The translations under genes and the position numbers were made by a program. Shown one piece after another: positions 47,855 through 57,233 of a DNA stretch of 64,000 bases. This DNA comes from Candidatus Woesearchaeota archaeon (GTDB lineage: Archaea > Nanobdellota > Nanobdellia > Woesearchaeales > UBA9642). Location of the stretch: the NCBI GenBank assembly GCA_003599145.1, contig QZIT01000005.1, positions 512,330-576,329 of the forward strand, given 5' to 3'. Below the pieces are notes generated by a model that was given only the letters and a program-made list of their open reading frames with translations, did not search any database and was not told where the DNA came from. Position 1 is the stretch's first letter. Each line of letters opens with the position of its first letter.

Positions 47855-48862
47855 TTACGATTTTTCTGCCTTCATGTGTTTTTTATAGAAACGGTTAAGG
47901 TACTGTTTAATGGCGTTGCGCTGATATCTGAATCTGGCCAGCACTTTTTTTAGGTCAAGGGCCTGCCATCGCTGAATAGCAAGATCTGCGTGTTTATTTT
48001 TTCCAAAAATGCTTATTCCTCCCGTGTCCAAGTTATAATTTTTTAGCGCCTTGAATGATTTTTTTTCTGAAAGAAGAAATTGTTTTTCCACGTTGTGTAT
48101 GAGTTGTTTGTATTCCTGCATTTCTTCATCTGAAGGCAATGTAGGATTCACCAGCGCTGCAGGAACAGGTTTCTTCAGTAAAATTAAAAAAAAATGAACA
48201 GGAGGCATCAGCACATGCCTCACCAGCCACTGCAAAGCTCGTAAAACAGCATGTTTTGAGGGCAAGAGTCCTAAAACAGAAAACCCGAACGGAAGTTTTC
48301 TCATCCAGGGCGCTGTTTTTTCTACCGCAGAAAAGTTTTTCGCGCTAACATGATAGCAATAAACAGTAAAAAATGCATGTTGAATAATGTTTCCGTGTTT
48401 ACTGACGCTTCTTGATGGAAAGAGAATGTTCATGTGCTTCATAAAATCGTCCTCATGCATAATGCGAATGTCAAAGCCATACTCCAATCGAGTGTGGACT
48501 AATTTCGGCCTAAAATGAAATAAGTCATAGTCGTCTGGTTTAAAATTTTTGACTTGCTCAGAAACCTTTCTATTAATGAACGGGTGGATGAGAACATCTC
48601 CGTAAATGTGCAATAACCAACCATAGGCAAATGCCTTTTCTTCATCTGTTTTTGCGTTGCTCAGCATGTTCATGACCAAATCTTTGGAACGAACATAGTG
48701 GCATAAGTCTGAGAGAAAGGAATCTGTATTCGGAAAATAGCCCATATCAGGCCCTAAAACACCTGCAAGAAAATAGGGCAGAACATCTTTTTTGAACCAT
48801 CTCGTATGATGAGCATGATAGACGTTGTTGGCCATATACAAATGAGAGATGAATCCTGGCAT
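47855..48862 (-). CDS. Zinc-dependent phospholipase C family protein
   Basis: MP..SH, G..GPD.GY, CHY, GWLLHIYGD..IHP and HTRLE..FD. Confidence 0.8.
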   Translation of the reverse strand: MPGFISHLYMANNVYHAHHTRWFKKDVLPYFLAGVLGPDMGYFPNTDSFLSDLCHYVRSKDLVMNMLSNAKTDEEKAFAYGWLLHIYGDVLIHPFINRKVSEQVKNFKPDDYDLFHFRPKLVHTRLEYGFDIRIMHEDDFMKHMNILFPSRSVSKHGNIIQHAFFTVYCYHVSAKNFSAVEKTAPWMRKLPFGFSVLGLLPSKHAVLRALQWLVRHVLMPPVHFFLILLKKPVPAALVNPTLPSDEEMQEYKQLIHNVEKQFLLSEKKSFKALKNYNLDTGGISIFGKNKHADLAIQRWQALDLKKVLARFRYQRNAIKQYLNRFYKKHMKAEKS

Positions 48863-48863
48863 G

Positions 48864-49907
48864 TTACACCACAATGAGCTGCTTTGGGCTTTTCGTGAGC
48901 ACAACAGCATTCTTTTTCAGGACAACATCATCCTCAATACGAATTCCTAATTTATGGGGGATATAGATCCCTGGCTCTATGGTGATAACCGTGTTTGTTT
49001 TAAAAATCGTTGCTGTTCTGAAAAAAGGAGGTTCATGAACATCGATACCCAAACCATGACCCAAAGAATGGATGAAATACTTTGCATACTTGCCTAATTG
49101 CTGCTTGGCAAATGCGTTAATTTTTGAAACGTCACGAGTCTTTTCTAGAAAATCTATAGTTTTCTGCTGAGCTTGAAGAACAAGGTCATAGAATTTCTTT
49201 TCTTTTTCAGACGGTTTACCAATATAAACAGTTCTGGTCATATCACTGCAATAGCCTTTATACTGCAATCCAAAATCAATCACCAGAAAGCCTCTAGCAA
49301 AAGTTTTACTGATTTCTGCGTGAGGGCTTGCCGCATCTTTTCCTGATGCAAGAATAGGTTTAAAGGCGGGCTTTGCATCTGCATCAATAATTTTTTTTAG
49401 AATAAAGCGATACGCTTCCTGAGGACTATGAAGCTTTTCTTCTTGCAATTGCCGTAATAATTCTAAAAAAATGGTGTCCGTCAATTTGCATGCTTTTGCA
49501 ATAGTGTCTAGTTCGCTTTCTGTTTTTGTTTCACGAAGTTCTGAAAGAAGCGCAGCTATGTTTATCACTTCAGTTTTAGAAGTTCTTATTTTTTCATGCT
49601 CTGCAACCGAAACAAAATCCATGTTAAGTCCTGCTGTTTTTTTGCCTTTAAGCAACGGCGTCAGCGCTTGAAAGATATCTTGAACAGCAACTGCTTTTTT
49701 TATGCGGGATTTTCTAGCTCTCAGTAACTCCATAGGAGGCACGAGTAATATCGCGTCAGAAGGAGTTATAAACAGACCCCCATACGCAAAGGTCATGCCT
49801 GAAAAATAATTAAGGTTAGAATCCTGCTTTGAAAGGGACGTATTAAAAATAAAACAGCAATCGATGTGTTCATCGCGCAGCTTTTTTTGAAGTATGGCAA
49901 GTTTCAT
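48864..49907 (-). CDS. Xaa-Pro aminopeptidase (M24B)
   Basis: SPH, IDFG, YCSDMTRT, HSLGHGLG..VHE, TIEPGIY and GIRIEDD. Confidence 0.93.
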   Translation of the reverse strand: MKLAILQKKLRDEHIDCCFIFNTSLSKQDSNLNYFSGMTFAYGGLFITPSDAILLVPPMELLRARKSRIKKAVAVQDIFQALTPLLKGKKTAGLNMDFVSVAEHEKIRTSKTEVINIAALLSELRETKTESELDTIAKACKLTDTIFLELLRQLQEEKLHSPQEAYRFILKKIIDADAKPAFKPILASGKDAASPHAEISKTFARGFLVIDFGLQYKGYCSDMTRTVYIGKPSEKEKKFYDLVLQAQQKTIDFLEKTRDVSKINAFAKQQLGKYAKYFIHSLGHGLGIDVHEPPFFRTATIFKTNTVITIEPGIYIPHKLGIRIEDDVVLKKNAVVLTKSPKQLIVV

Positions 49908-49993
49908 AGGCTATTTTGCAATAGTCTATGCTCTTTTATATGTTTTATGAAAATTTTAAAAAGATTTATAAAGATTTTAAGTTACAAAACAGC

Positions 49994-50605
49994 ATGAAAA
50001 AAGAGGTGCACCATAAAATAGAACTCTATATCCGAAAAAGCATTTCAAAAGGCATTCCTATTGAAAAGATAATCGGAAAGCTTTCAGAGCTGGGCGTTTC
50101 TCAAGAGACTACGAAAGAAATGCTGCACCACCTCGAATTGGAAAAATATTTTCTATTGCATACTGAAAAATTGACTGAAGAAAAAGCAAAGCTTGAACGC
50201 ATCCACCAAGAGCTGGGAAAAGGCCACGCACTCATGGTAAGAGATTTCATGAGCTCCCCTATCATCAGCATTGAAAAGCACCAGCCGCTGTCATCTGCAA
50301 TCAAGCTCATGGATGAAAGAGATATCGGTTCGCTCGTCATCACAGAGCATCAGATTCCTGTCGGAATTATAACAGAAAGAGATCTCTTAAAAAAAGTGCT
50401 TGCCCATAATCTCACTGCGCAGCAAATAGCGATAGCAGACATCATGAGCAGCCCTCTCATCACAGGAGAGGTCACTGAGAAACTTCTTGAGGTAGAGACC
50501 AAGATGAAACTCAACAACATCAGAAGAATGCCTTTATTGGAAAATGACAAACTCGTCGGCATCATAACCTCAAGCGATATTATCCGCATTATGGCCTTTA
50601 TGTAA
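49994..50605 (+). CDS. CBS-pair domain protein with helical N-terminal extension
   Basis: VRDFMS, GIITERD, IADIMS and GIITSSD. Confidence 0.88.
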   Translation: MKKEVHHKIELYIRKSISKGIPIEKIIGKLSELGVSQETTKEMLHHLELEKYFLLHTEKLTEEKAKLERIHQELGKGHALMVRDFMSSPIISIEKHQPLSSAIKLMDERDIGSLVITEHQIPVGIITERDLLKKVLAHNLTAQQIAIADIMSSPLITGEVTEKLLEVETKMKLNNIRRMPLLENDKLVGIITSSDIIRIMAFM

Positions 50606-50618
50606 GAGGAACATAGCT

Positions 50619-51461
50619 ATGGGAACGCTCATCAGAAGTTTTGATTTGGTAAGGACAACATTTGCTGTTTTGCAGAAAGATAAAGAACTCCTTGTTTTTC
50701 CTCTGTTTTCCTTTTTCTTTTCAGCGATTGCATTTTTAGTTTTTCTCCTACCTATTTTTTTGAGCATGAATAAACTGGAAGCCGCGAATCCATTAAATAC
50801 ACTCATAGGGTTCCACCTCTATTTTTTTGCATACTACGTTATTACGTATTTCATCACTTACTTTTTTACTGCAGGCGTCATTAGTTGCGCTTACATGAGA
50901 TTAGAAGGAAAAAATCCGAATGTTAAAGACGGGTTGCGCATAGCGTTTAAAAATACAGGAAAAATTTTTCTCTGGTCCTTGATTTCTGCAACAGTGGGAT
51001 TTATTTTAAAACAAATTGCTGAGCGTTCAAAGCTTATTGGAAAAATTATTGCTGCAGTGTTAGGATTGATGTGGAGCTTGCTTACTTTTTTTGTCATACC
51101 TGTTATGATTATAGAACAAAAAGGGGTTTTTTCTTCTATCAAGCGTTCAGCAGCATTGTTCAAAGACACGTGGGGAGAAAACATCGTCGGACAAATCTCC
51201 ATAGGTATTTTCTTTTTTGCTGTTGGCATTATAGGCATCATCGCAGGAGTTATTCTCGTCATACTTCTTTATCCAATCTTCGGAGGATACTTCACCATCG
51301 TCATGTGGATATTTTTAATGCTTTATATCACCTTTTTAAGCCTTGTCAGCACAACGCTACAGGGCATTTTTGTTGCTGCATTATATCGCTATGCTACAAC
51401 CAAAAAAATATCTCTTGATTTTGACACAGAACTTTTGCAGAGCGCATTTACTAAAAATTAA
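50619..51461 (+). CDS. Multi-pass membrane protein (DUF6159-like)
   Basis: DKELLVFP, FFVIP, SIKRS..LFK.TWGE and AALYRYA. Confidence 0.75.
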   Translation: MGTLIRSFDLVRTTFAVLQKDKELLVFPLFSFFFSAIAFLVFLLPIFLSMNKLEAANPLNTLIGFHLYFFAYYVITYFITYFFTAGVISCAYMRLEGKNPNVKDGLRIAFKNTGKIFLWSLISATVGFILKQIAERSKLIGKIIAAVLGLMWSLLTFFVIPVMIIEQKGVFSSIKRSAALFKDTWGENIVGQISIGIFFFAVGIIGIIAGVILVILLYPIFGGYFTIVMWIFLMLYITFLSLVSTTLQGIFVAALYRYATTKKISLDFDTELLQSAFTKN

Positions 51462-52477
51462 GGATACGCTCTTTTTATTAAATCTGCATGCTTTTCAAAT
51501 GTTTTTCTGACGGGGTTTAACAGAAGATTGATTTCTTGGGCAACAGCCTTTTTTAAATCCGCTGGGTGCAGTTTTTTTGCATCGAAATCTGCTTTCAATG
51601 CTGCTATAGAAGCATACTCTACTGTTCCTCCAAATTTTTCAGGCCTCTCCACGCGCAGTGATTTTCCATTGTCTGTTAAAAAGGGCAAAAGAACGTATTC
51701 GCAAAAAGCAACAACGCCGTTATTGCTGTCTCCTTCAACGCATTGAGCTTTATTTATTTTGGCAATGACTGTTTTTTCATCATCCAGAATATCTATTTTT
51801 GAGTTTGGATCTGATGCACTCATTTTTGCACCTGTAATTCCTGGAAGCAAAGGAGTGAAAACGCAGGAATATTTCTCCCTGCCGAAGGCGTCTAGCAATT
51901 CCCTTCCCAACATATAAATTCCTCTCTGGTCAATACCTCCAAACGTAACATCTGCCTGCAACGCCTTTGCGTCTTCTATCTGCAATAAGGGATAAATGAA
52001 TCCTCCTAGTTTGGGATCTTCCTTAAAACGCACAACTTCAGACGCTGCTCTCTTTGATCTATTCAAGGTGACATCACCAACCATTTTAAAAACATTGATG
52101 ATGTAATCTCTTTTGAACTGGAAATCTGTGCCTTTGACAAACTCTATTTTTGTAGTGTCGACATCGAATGATTTTAGAAGTGCAGTAATGGCAAGTTTGT
52201 AATATTCGTATCTTTGATCGAGCAATTCCCAGGGAGTTTTTTCATCATCTAAGTATGCATGCAAGTCTGCAATTAAAAAAGTAAATTTAAACCCTAATGC
52301 GATAAAATCTCTTATCTTATAGAGCGGAATCATATAGCCAATATGAATTCTGCCTGTCGGCGCAAATCCTATATACGCCCCCGGATTTTTCTTTTTCAGA
52401 ATTTCCTTTAGCTCGTCTTCTTTTACTAATTCCTGCGTGTTTCGTTTCAGCAACGCAAATTTCTCTTCAAGGTCCAT
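51458..52477 (-). CDS. tyrS: Tyrosine--tRNA ligase (archaeal type)
   Basis: YIGFAPTGRIHIGY, ADLHA, YPLLQ, GGIDQ, KMSAS and LHPADLK. Confidence 0.96.
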   Translation of the reverse strand: MDLEEKFALLKRNTQELVKEDELKEILKKKNPGAYIGFAPTGRIHIGYMIPLYKIRDFIALGFKFTFLIADLHAYLDDEKTPWELLDQRYEYYKLAITALLKSFDVDTTKIEFVKGTDFQFKRDYIINVFKMVGDVTLNRSKRAASEVVRFKEDPKLGGFIYPLLQIEDAKALQADVTFGGIDQRGIYMLGRELLDAFGREKYSCVFTPLLPGITGAKMSASDPNSKIDILDDEKTVIAKINKAQCVEGDSNNGVVAFCEYVLLPFLTDNGKSLRVERPEKFGGTVEYASIAALKADFDAKKLHPADLKKAVAQEINLLLNPVRKTFEKHADLIKRAYP

Positions 52478-52585
52478 ACAAACAGTAAACAACACTTCTT
52501 TTTATAGGTTTTGGAAATAGGGGCTGTGAAGATGCACAGGACAAGAACACAAAACTGTTTTAAAGGACATCTGCTTTCAAACATC

Positions 52586-53428
52586 ATGCTCTCAGTAACC
52601 AACCTTGCAACAGCGTTGTACTGCAAAAGAAAGCTCTTTATCGAAAAAGTTCTTCGTTTAAAAAAGATACCAAAGGAATCTCTAGCCAAAGGCAAAGTTA
52701 GACATGCAGCTTACGAGCTGGTAAACAAAGAGGACGAGAGTATTGTCAGAACTATCAGAAAAAAAACAGAGTTTCCAGAATTATTGCTATTTTATAAGAA
52801 GAAACACCTGCAATGCCTGCAAAATGCACTCCTTCAACATAAAGGAGAGCTGAAGGAAGTCAACCTTGCACTTCCAGACGTTTTTAAGCAAAGCTGGCCA
52901 TCCCTCTATCGGGAAACGAAAGAGCGAGCATTCCATGTATTTTCGTTCATGGAAAAGCATCAAGTTTATGGTGAGGAGTTATGGCAATTACTGACTCCAA
53001 AAATAGATTCTGAAGTAAAAATAGTCTCTGAAGAGCTCCTGTTAACAGGAATTATAGATCAAGTATGGCACTATGAAGATGAAACCATTCCTTATGAGCT
53101 TAAAACAGGTAGTGCACCATTAAAAGGCGTTTGGCCAAGCCACAGTATTCAAATAGGAAGCTATATTTTAATGCTCCAAAACATCCAGGAAAACGCCAAA
53201 AAAGGCTATGTAAAGTATCTTGACATCCAGGAATCCCGAGAAGTATTTTTAAATCCTTTCTTAGAGGATAAAATTCTTGCAACAAGGGACGCCGTTGTTA
53301 CGATGATAGAGACCCGTGAATTGCCAGATCGCACTTCCAACAAAAAAAAGTGCGATTCCTGCGAATTCAAGGCGCAGTGCTACGATGAAAAAGTTATGGA
53401 TGCTGAGATGAAAAAGCTGCAGAATTAA
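52586..53428 (+). CDS. Stand-alone Cas4-like Fe-S PD-(D/E)XK exonuclease
   Basis: N-terminal YCKRK, GIID, ELKTG, QIGSY and C-terminal KCDSCEFKAQC. Confidence 0.85.
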   Translation: MLSVTNLATALYCKRKLFIEKVLRLKKIPKESLAKGKVRHAAYELVNKEDESIVRTIRKKTEFPELLLFYKKKHLQCLQNALLQHKGELKEVNLALPDVFKQSWPSLYRETKERAFHVFSFMEKHQVYGEELWQLLTPKIDSEVKIVSEELLLTGIIDQVWHYEDETIPYELKTGSAPLKGVWPSHSIQIGSYILMLQNIQENAKKGYVKYLDIQESREVFLNPFLEDKILATRDAVVTMIETRELPDRTSNKKKCDSCEFKAQCYDEKVMDAEMKKLQN

Positions 53429-53499
53429 TTTCGAAAGCTTTTTATATAAGAAGGCTTTTAGAATTCATTATCTACTCATGAATAAGGAAAGGTGAAAGC

Positions 53500-53763
53500 A
53501 TGGCAGAAGACGAAAAAAAGTTTTCAAAACAACTGATGGGCAAGACTGTCGTTTCCAAAGCTGGTAAAAAATTCGGAGAAGTTGGAGACCTTATTTTTGA
53601 AACCAGAACAGGGGAATTAATTCACTTACTCTTGGTCAATCCAACAAGCTACACAGAAAAGCTTGAACTGGAAAAAACAAAGGAAGGAGACATCTTAATA
53701 CCGTTCAGCTCAGTCATTGCAATGGGAGACTTTCTCGTTGTGGCTGAAGAAGATATTATTTAA
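53500..53763 (+). CDS. PRC-barrel protein (CdpB-like)
   Basis: GKTVVS..G..FGEV.D..F...TGEL...IPFSSV.AMGDFLVV. Confidence 0.87.
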   Translation: MAEDEKKFSKQLMGKTVVSKAGKKFGEVGDLIFETRTGELIHLLLVNPTSYTEKLELEKTKEGDILIPFSSVIAMGDFLVVAEEDII

Positions 53764-53816
53764 TTTTTTTCTACTTTCTACAAACCTTTTTAAACACAAA
53801 ATAGTTCCACTGTTGC

Positions 53817-54773
53817 ATGGATGAATCTGCCATTTGGACAGAAAAATACAGGCCGTCTACATTTGAAGAAATAGTAGGCCAAACTGAAATAGTAAAGAGA
53901 ACAAAGGCATTTGTCGAACAGAGGAACATGCCTCACTTGCTTTTCTCAGGTCCTGCAGGAGTTGGAAAAACCACGCTTTCACTGGTTATTGCAAGACAGT
54001 TATTTAAAGAGTCCTGGAAAGAAAACTTTCTTGAACTGAACGCCAGCGATGAAAGAGGCATTGATGTTGTCAGGGTCAAGGTAAAAGAGTTTGCGAGAAC
54101 AAGGGCAATAGGCGATGTTCCCTTTAAGATAATCTACTTGGATGAATGCGATGCCTTAACCAAAGAGGCGCAGCAGGCATTGCGAAGGACTATGGAAAAT
54201 TACACGCACACCTGCAGATTTATTCTAAGCTGCAACTACAGCAGCAAAATCATAGATCCTATTCAAAGCAGATGCACGATATTTAGGTTTAAGCTTTTAA
54301 CAGAAAAGGAAATGGAAAAGATTATCGAGACTATCGCGAAGAAAGAGCAATTAACCATAGATGAAAAGGCAAAGAAGGCGCTGTTTGTTATAAGTGAAGG
54401 GGATGTAAGAAGGGTTGAAAATATCCTGCAGAGCAGCGCCGCATCAAATCAGAATATAACAGAAGACACAATATATAGTATTGCATCTATGGCAAGACCA
54501 AAAGAAATCGTTCAAGTCTTAGAGTTTGCCATGAAAAGAGACTTCAAAAATGCAAAAGACTTGCTTTTAAAAACAATGCTTGAACACGGACTCTCCGGAA
54601 GCGATGTTATCAAGCAGATTCAAAAAGAAATCTGGCAGCTCAAGGCAGAAGATAAAAAAAAGCTTGAAATGGTCAAGGAGTGTGGTGAAATAGAATTTAG
54701 AATGGTTGAAGGCAGCGATGAGTTTATCCAGTTAGAAGCGTTGCTGGCCAAATTCTGCGTTCTACATTCGTAA
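53817..54773 (+). CDS. rfcS: Replication factor C small subunit (no intein)
   Basis: WTEKYRP, GPAGVGKT, ELNASDERG, LDECD and QSRC. Confidence 0.96.
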   Translation: MDESAIWTEKYRPSTFEEIVGQTEIVKRTKAFVEQRNMPHLLFSGPAGVGKTTLSLVIARQLFKESWKENFLELNASDERGIDVVRVKVKEFARTRAIGDVPFKIIYLDECDALTKEAQQALRRTMENYTHTCRFILSCNYSSKIIDPIQSRCTIFRFKLLTEKEMEKIIETIAKKEQLTIDEKAKKALFVISEGDVRRVENILQSSAASNQNITEDTIYSIASMARPKEIVQVLEFAMKRDFKNAKDLLLKTMLEHGLSGSDVIKQIQKEIWQLKAEDKKKLEMVKECGEIEFRMVEGSDEFIQLEALLAKFCVLHS

Positions 54774-54805
54774 GTTTTCTAGAAAAAGGATAAAAAAAGA
54801 AAAAA

Positions 54806-55765
54806 TTAGCCTGCACTGACATCTTTAATAATGATGTCTTTCTCTATGTATTCTCCGTACAGGTAATCTAGCGTTACCAAGAATACAGGCTCATAGATCT
54901 TTCCTTCGTTTCCCATGGTTACCGTACAGGTAACTGTTCTTGGAGCGCCGTTGTATAAATTAACATAACCAGCAACTCCTCCTTCTGAAAGGGCAGGGCA
55001 GTTAACGGTTGCATCAGTATCTTCTGGCAAGCTCACCGTAACGTAAACAATGTTCTTATCGACATTCGTTACAGAATCGTCACAGAACCTCTGGCTGCCT
55101 TTCTTGTAGATTTGCCCTGTTCCGACGTGTGATATAACCAAAAGCAAAGATGCCTTATTTTGCCCCGCGGGATTTTGCGATAAGGAGGTTATTTGAACAG
55201 GGGCTCCTGAATTCTTAGGGCTTTTTACTTCATTGAGCTTGCAAATCTTATCTGCATCCTTTGAGGTTTCGATGACGTTTTCTTTAATGCATATTTTTGT
55301 CGACACCCTAGTCTGATAGTCGTAGCAGGCTTCAGCTCTTAATGTAAAGAAATCATTTCCAAAAATATCCTGCTGGTAATTGAAGTTTTCAAAGTTTATG
55401 CTGGTAATGTCTCCATCAATAATGGTTCCTTCGAAGTTTTTTCGCTTGCCCTTGACATCGACATCTATAGCCTTTGAGGTTTCAGGATTTCCAAAATACG
55501 CAGAATTCAGCCCTATAAGCGACACTTTTCCATAATCTCTTGAAGCAACAAAGTCATACTCTCCTTTGTTTTCAATAATGACACCTATGCCAAAAGGATA
55601 TTGACCTGCATCAAATATTTCTTCAGGCGGATTTCCTTCCTGAAAGGAAAGCGCTAATCCTGTATTGCCTCCTGCATACGGGTCAAAAGCACTTGTGACC
55701 TGTTTTTGACCACAGCTAACCACAAAAAAAGCAAGTAATAAGACTGCAAAGAGTATTTTTCTCAT
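54806..55765 (-). CDS. Surface lipoprotein, paralog 4 of a beta-sandwich family
   Basis: Lipobox-like VVSC; GL..F....PP, ACYDYQT..C, GAPVQIT, HVGTG and final L.Y.Y strand. Confidence 0.8.
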   Translation of the reverse strand: MRKILFAVLLLAFFVVSCGQKQVTSAFDPYAGGNTGLALSFQEGNPPEEIFDAGQYPFGIGVIIENKGEYDFVASRDYGKVSLIGLNSAYFGNPETSKAIDVDVKGKRKNFEGTIIDGDITSINFENFNYQQDIFGNDFFTLRAEACYDYQTRVSTKICIKENVIETSKDADKICKLNEVKSPKNSGAPVQITSLSQNPAGQNKASLLLVISHVGTGQIYKKGSQRFCDDSVTNVDKNIVYVTVSLPEDTDATVNCPALSEGGVAGYVNLYNGAPRTVTCTVTMGNEGKIYEPVFLVTLDYLYGEYIEKDIIIKDVSAG

Positions 55766-55829
55766 TTTGAAACCTCCTGTTTTTCCATACGCTTATTAAC
55801 GGGATGAACCCCTTTATATTATTTTCCTT

Positions 55830-57164
55830 TTATGTCACTCTTTTAATCGTGACTGATTTCTGAACAGTTTGAGAGTAGCCATAGGCCATCTCGATAATCA
55901 AATTGTCGGGATATGCTGTATTTGGAGCATTATCTGGGATGTCGTACTCGCAGGTAACCATGCCCTGTCCGTTAGTCAATCTTACCAATCTATTAGGATT
56001 GCACTTCATGCTATAAGGGTCTCCTGTTCCCAGGTTGATATAATTTATCCAAACGAGGTTCAAGTCTTTCTCTGTTACCCTGTCAGGATTCCAAGGGTTG
56101 CATTTTTGCAATGCAAATGGACTATAGACAGTACCTTTGCCTACATTTCTAATGTAAATCTTAAAAAGTATTTTTCTAGGCGTATTTTCCTGCTCTATTC
56201 TGGTTATGGCAACAGGAGCTCCCTGGCTTTTCCATGATTGCGCTCTTACTGTGCAAACTTTTCTGCCTCCATCATAAGGATACTTGTCTATGCAAACAGA
56301 GGGAGTTGCGTGGGTAACATATGCATAACATGCTGTTGCAGTGATGGGCTGTATGGTTTCGTCTAAACCTTGAGGCCATTGCATGACCGTCGCCTTGAAG
56401 TTCAAATAATCTTTTTCTCCACCAGGATAATAATGATTATCGCCTAAAAGCAAAAAGGGAATCCCATATCTCTTATCTGGAAACTGTATTCCTACACCCT
56501 GATAAAACTGACTTAATTGGGTCATGGCCATTCTACCGTAATAGGCATTTTCAACACTCACTGCCTGCAGGTCAAGCGCAGAGTCAAAATTGCAGTGTAT
56601 CTTATTGACGTTTTGATCAAGATTTTCACAGTTAAGATTGAGAGTTCCAAAAAGCTGGGTGTCTTCATCAAACCAATCTTTTCCTGTAATGCTATCAAGC
56701 AGCTCTCCAAGGTTTCCATCGACATGAAGATTTCCAAATTCACCAAAAACTCCTCCTCCAACACCATAGCCTTGTCCAAAAAAGCAGTCAAAGGCAATAT
56801 TTTCATTGCCTGAAACGCTACCTGCAGCAATATCGCAGGAATTTATACCGTAGAGATTCTGCTCTTGCGCAAACGGAGGAATAGATAGAATGCTTGGATT
56901 ATATCCTGAAATGTAAACAGAGCCCATAGCATAATTCGCTCCTTGATTGTCTAATTTAACATTGATATCAAACGTATTATCATTAACATTGCCATCTGAA
57001 TAGAAATAGACTCTTGAAGGGGGCGTATTATCTTCAAAGGTCATCCTAACTCCTTCTGTGCCTACATAATACTTTTCTGTTTTTGGATTATTGGGATTGC
57101 TTACGAAACTGCAAGAAGCCAAAAAAAGCGATAAAAGAATAAAGACTGGTAATAATTTTCTCAT
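55830..57164 (-). CDS. Surface lipoprotein, paralog 3, with large internal insertion
   Basis: Lipobox-like LASC; ACYAYVT..CID, QGAPVAITRIE, NVGKG and YGY. Confidence 0.8.
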   Translation of the reverse strand: MRKLLPVFILLSLFLASCSFVSNPNNPKTEKYYVGTEGVRMTFEDNTPPSRVYFYSDGNVNDNTFDINVKLDNQGANYAMGSVYISGYNPSILSIPPFAQEQNLYGINSCDIAAGSVSGNENIAFDCFFGQGYGVGGGVFGEFGNLHVDGNLGELLDSITGKDWFDEDTQLFGTLNLNCENLDQNVNKIHCNFDSALDLQAVSVENAYYGRMAMTQLSQFYQGVGIQFPDKRYGIPFLLLGDNHYYPGGEKDYLNFKATVMQWPQGLDETIQPITATACYAYVTHATPSVCIDKYPYDGGRKVCTVRAQSWKSQGAPVAITRIEQENTPRKILFKIYIRNVGKGTVYSPFALQKCNPWNPDRVTEKDLNLVWINYINLGTGDPYSMKCNPNRLVRLTNGQGMVTCEYDIPDNAPNTAYPDNLIIEMAYGYSQTVQKSVTIKRVT

Positions 57165-57233
57165 GCTTCAATTTTTAGCTTTTGTATATATAAATATTAC
57201 TGTTTGCAGTATAGTTTGCAATACGCAAAACTG

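Noticed and set aside
52511-53500. Possible CRISPR-Cas locus around the Cas4-like gene
   Set aside because: No repeat-spacer array or other cas genes were seen anywhere in the window.
53817-54773. Inteins in RFC (or in GyrA)
   Set aside because: Both proteins are normal length with uninterrupted motifs.
57205-57233. Small imperfect hairpin AGTTTGC-AATAC-GCAAAACT between surface-protein paralogs
   Set aside because: It is short and AT-rich; it may be a terminator but is not distinguishable from chance.
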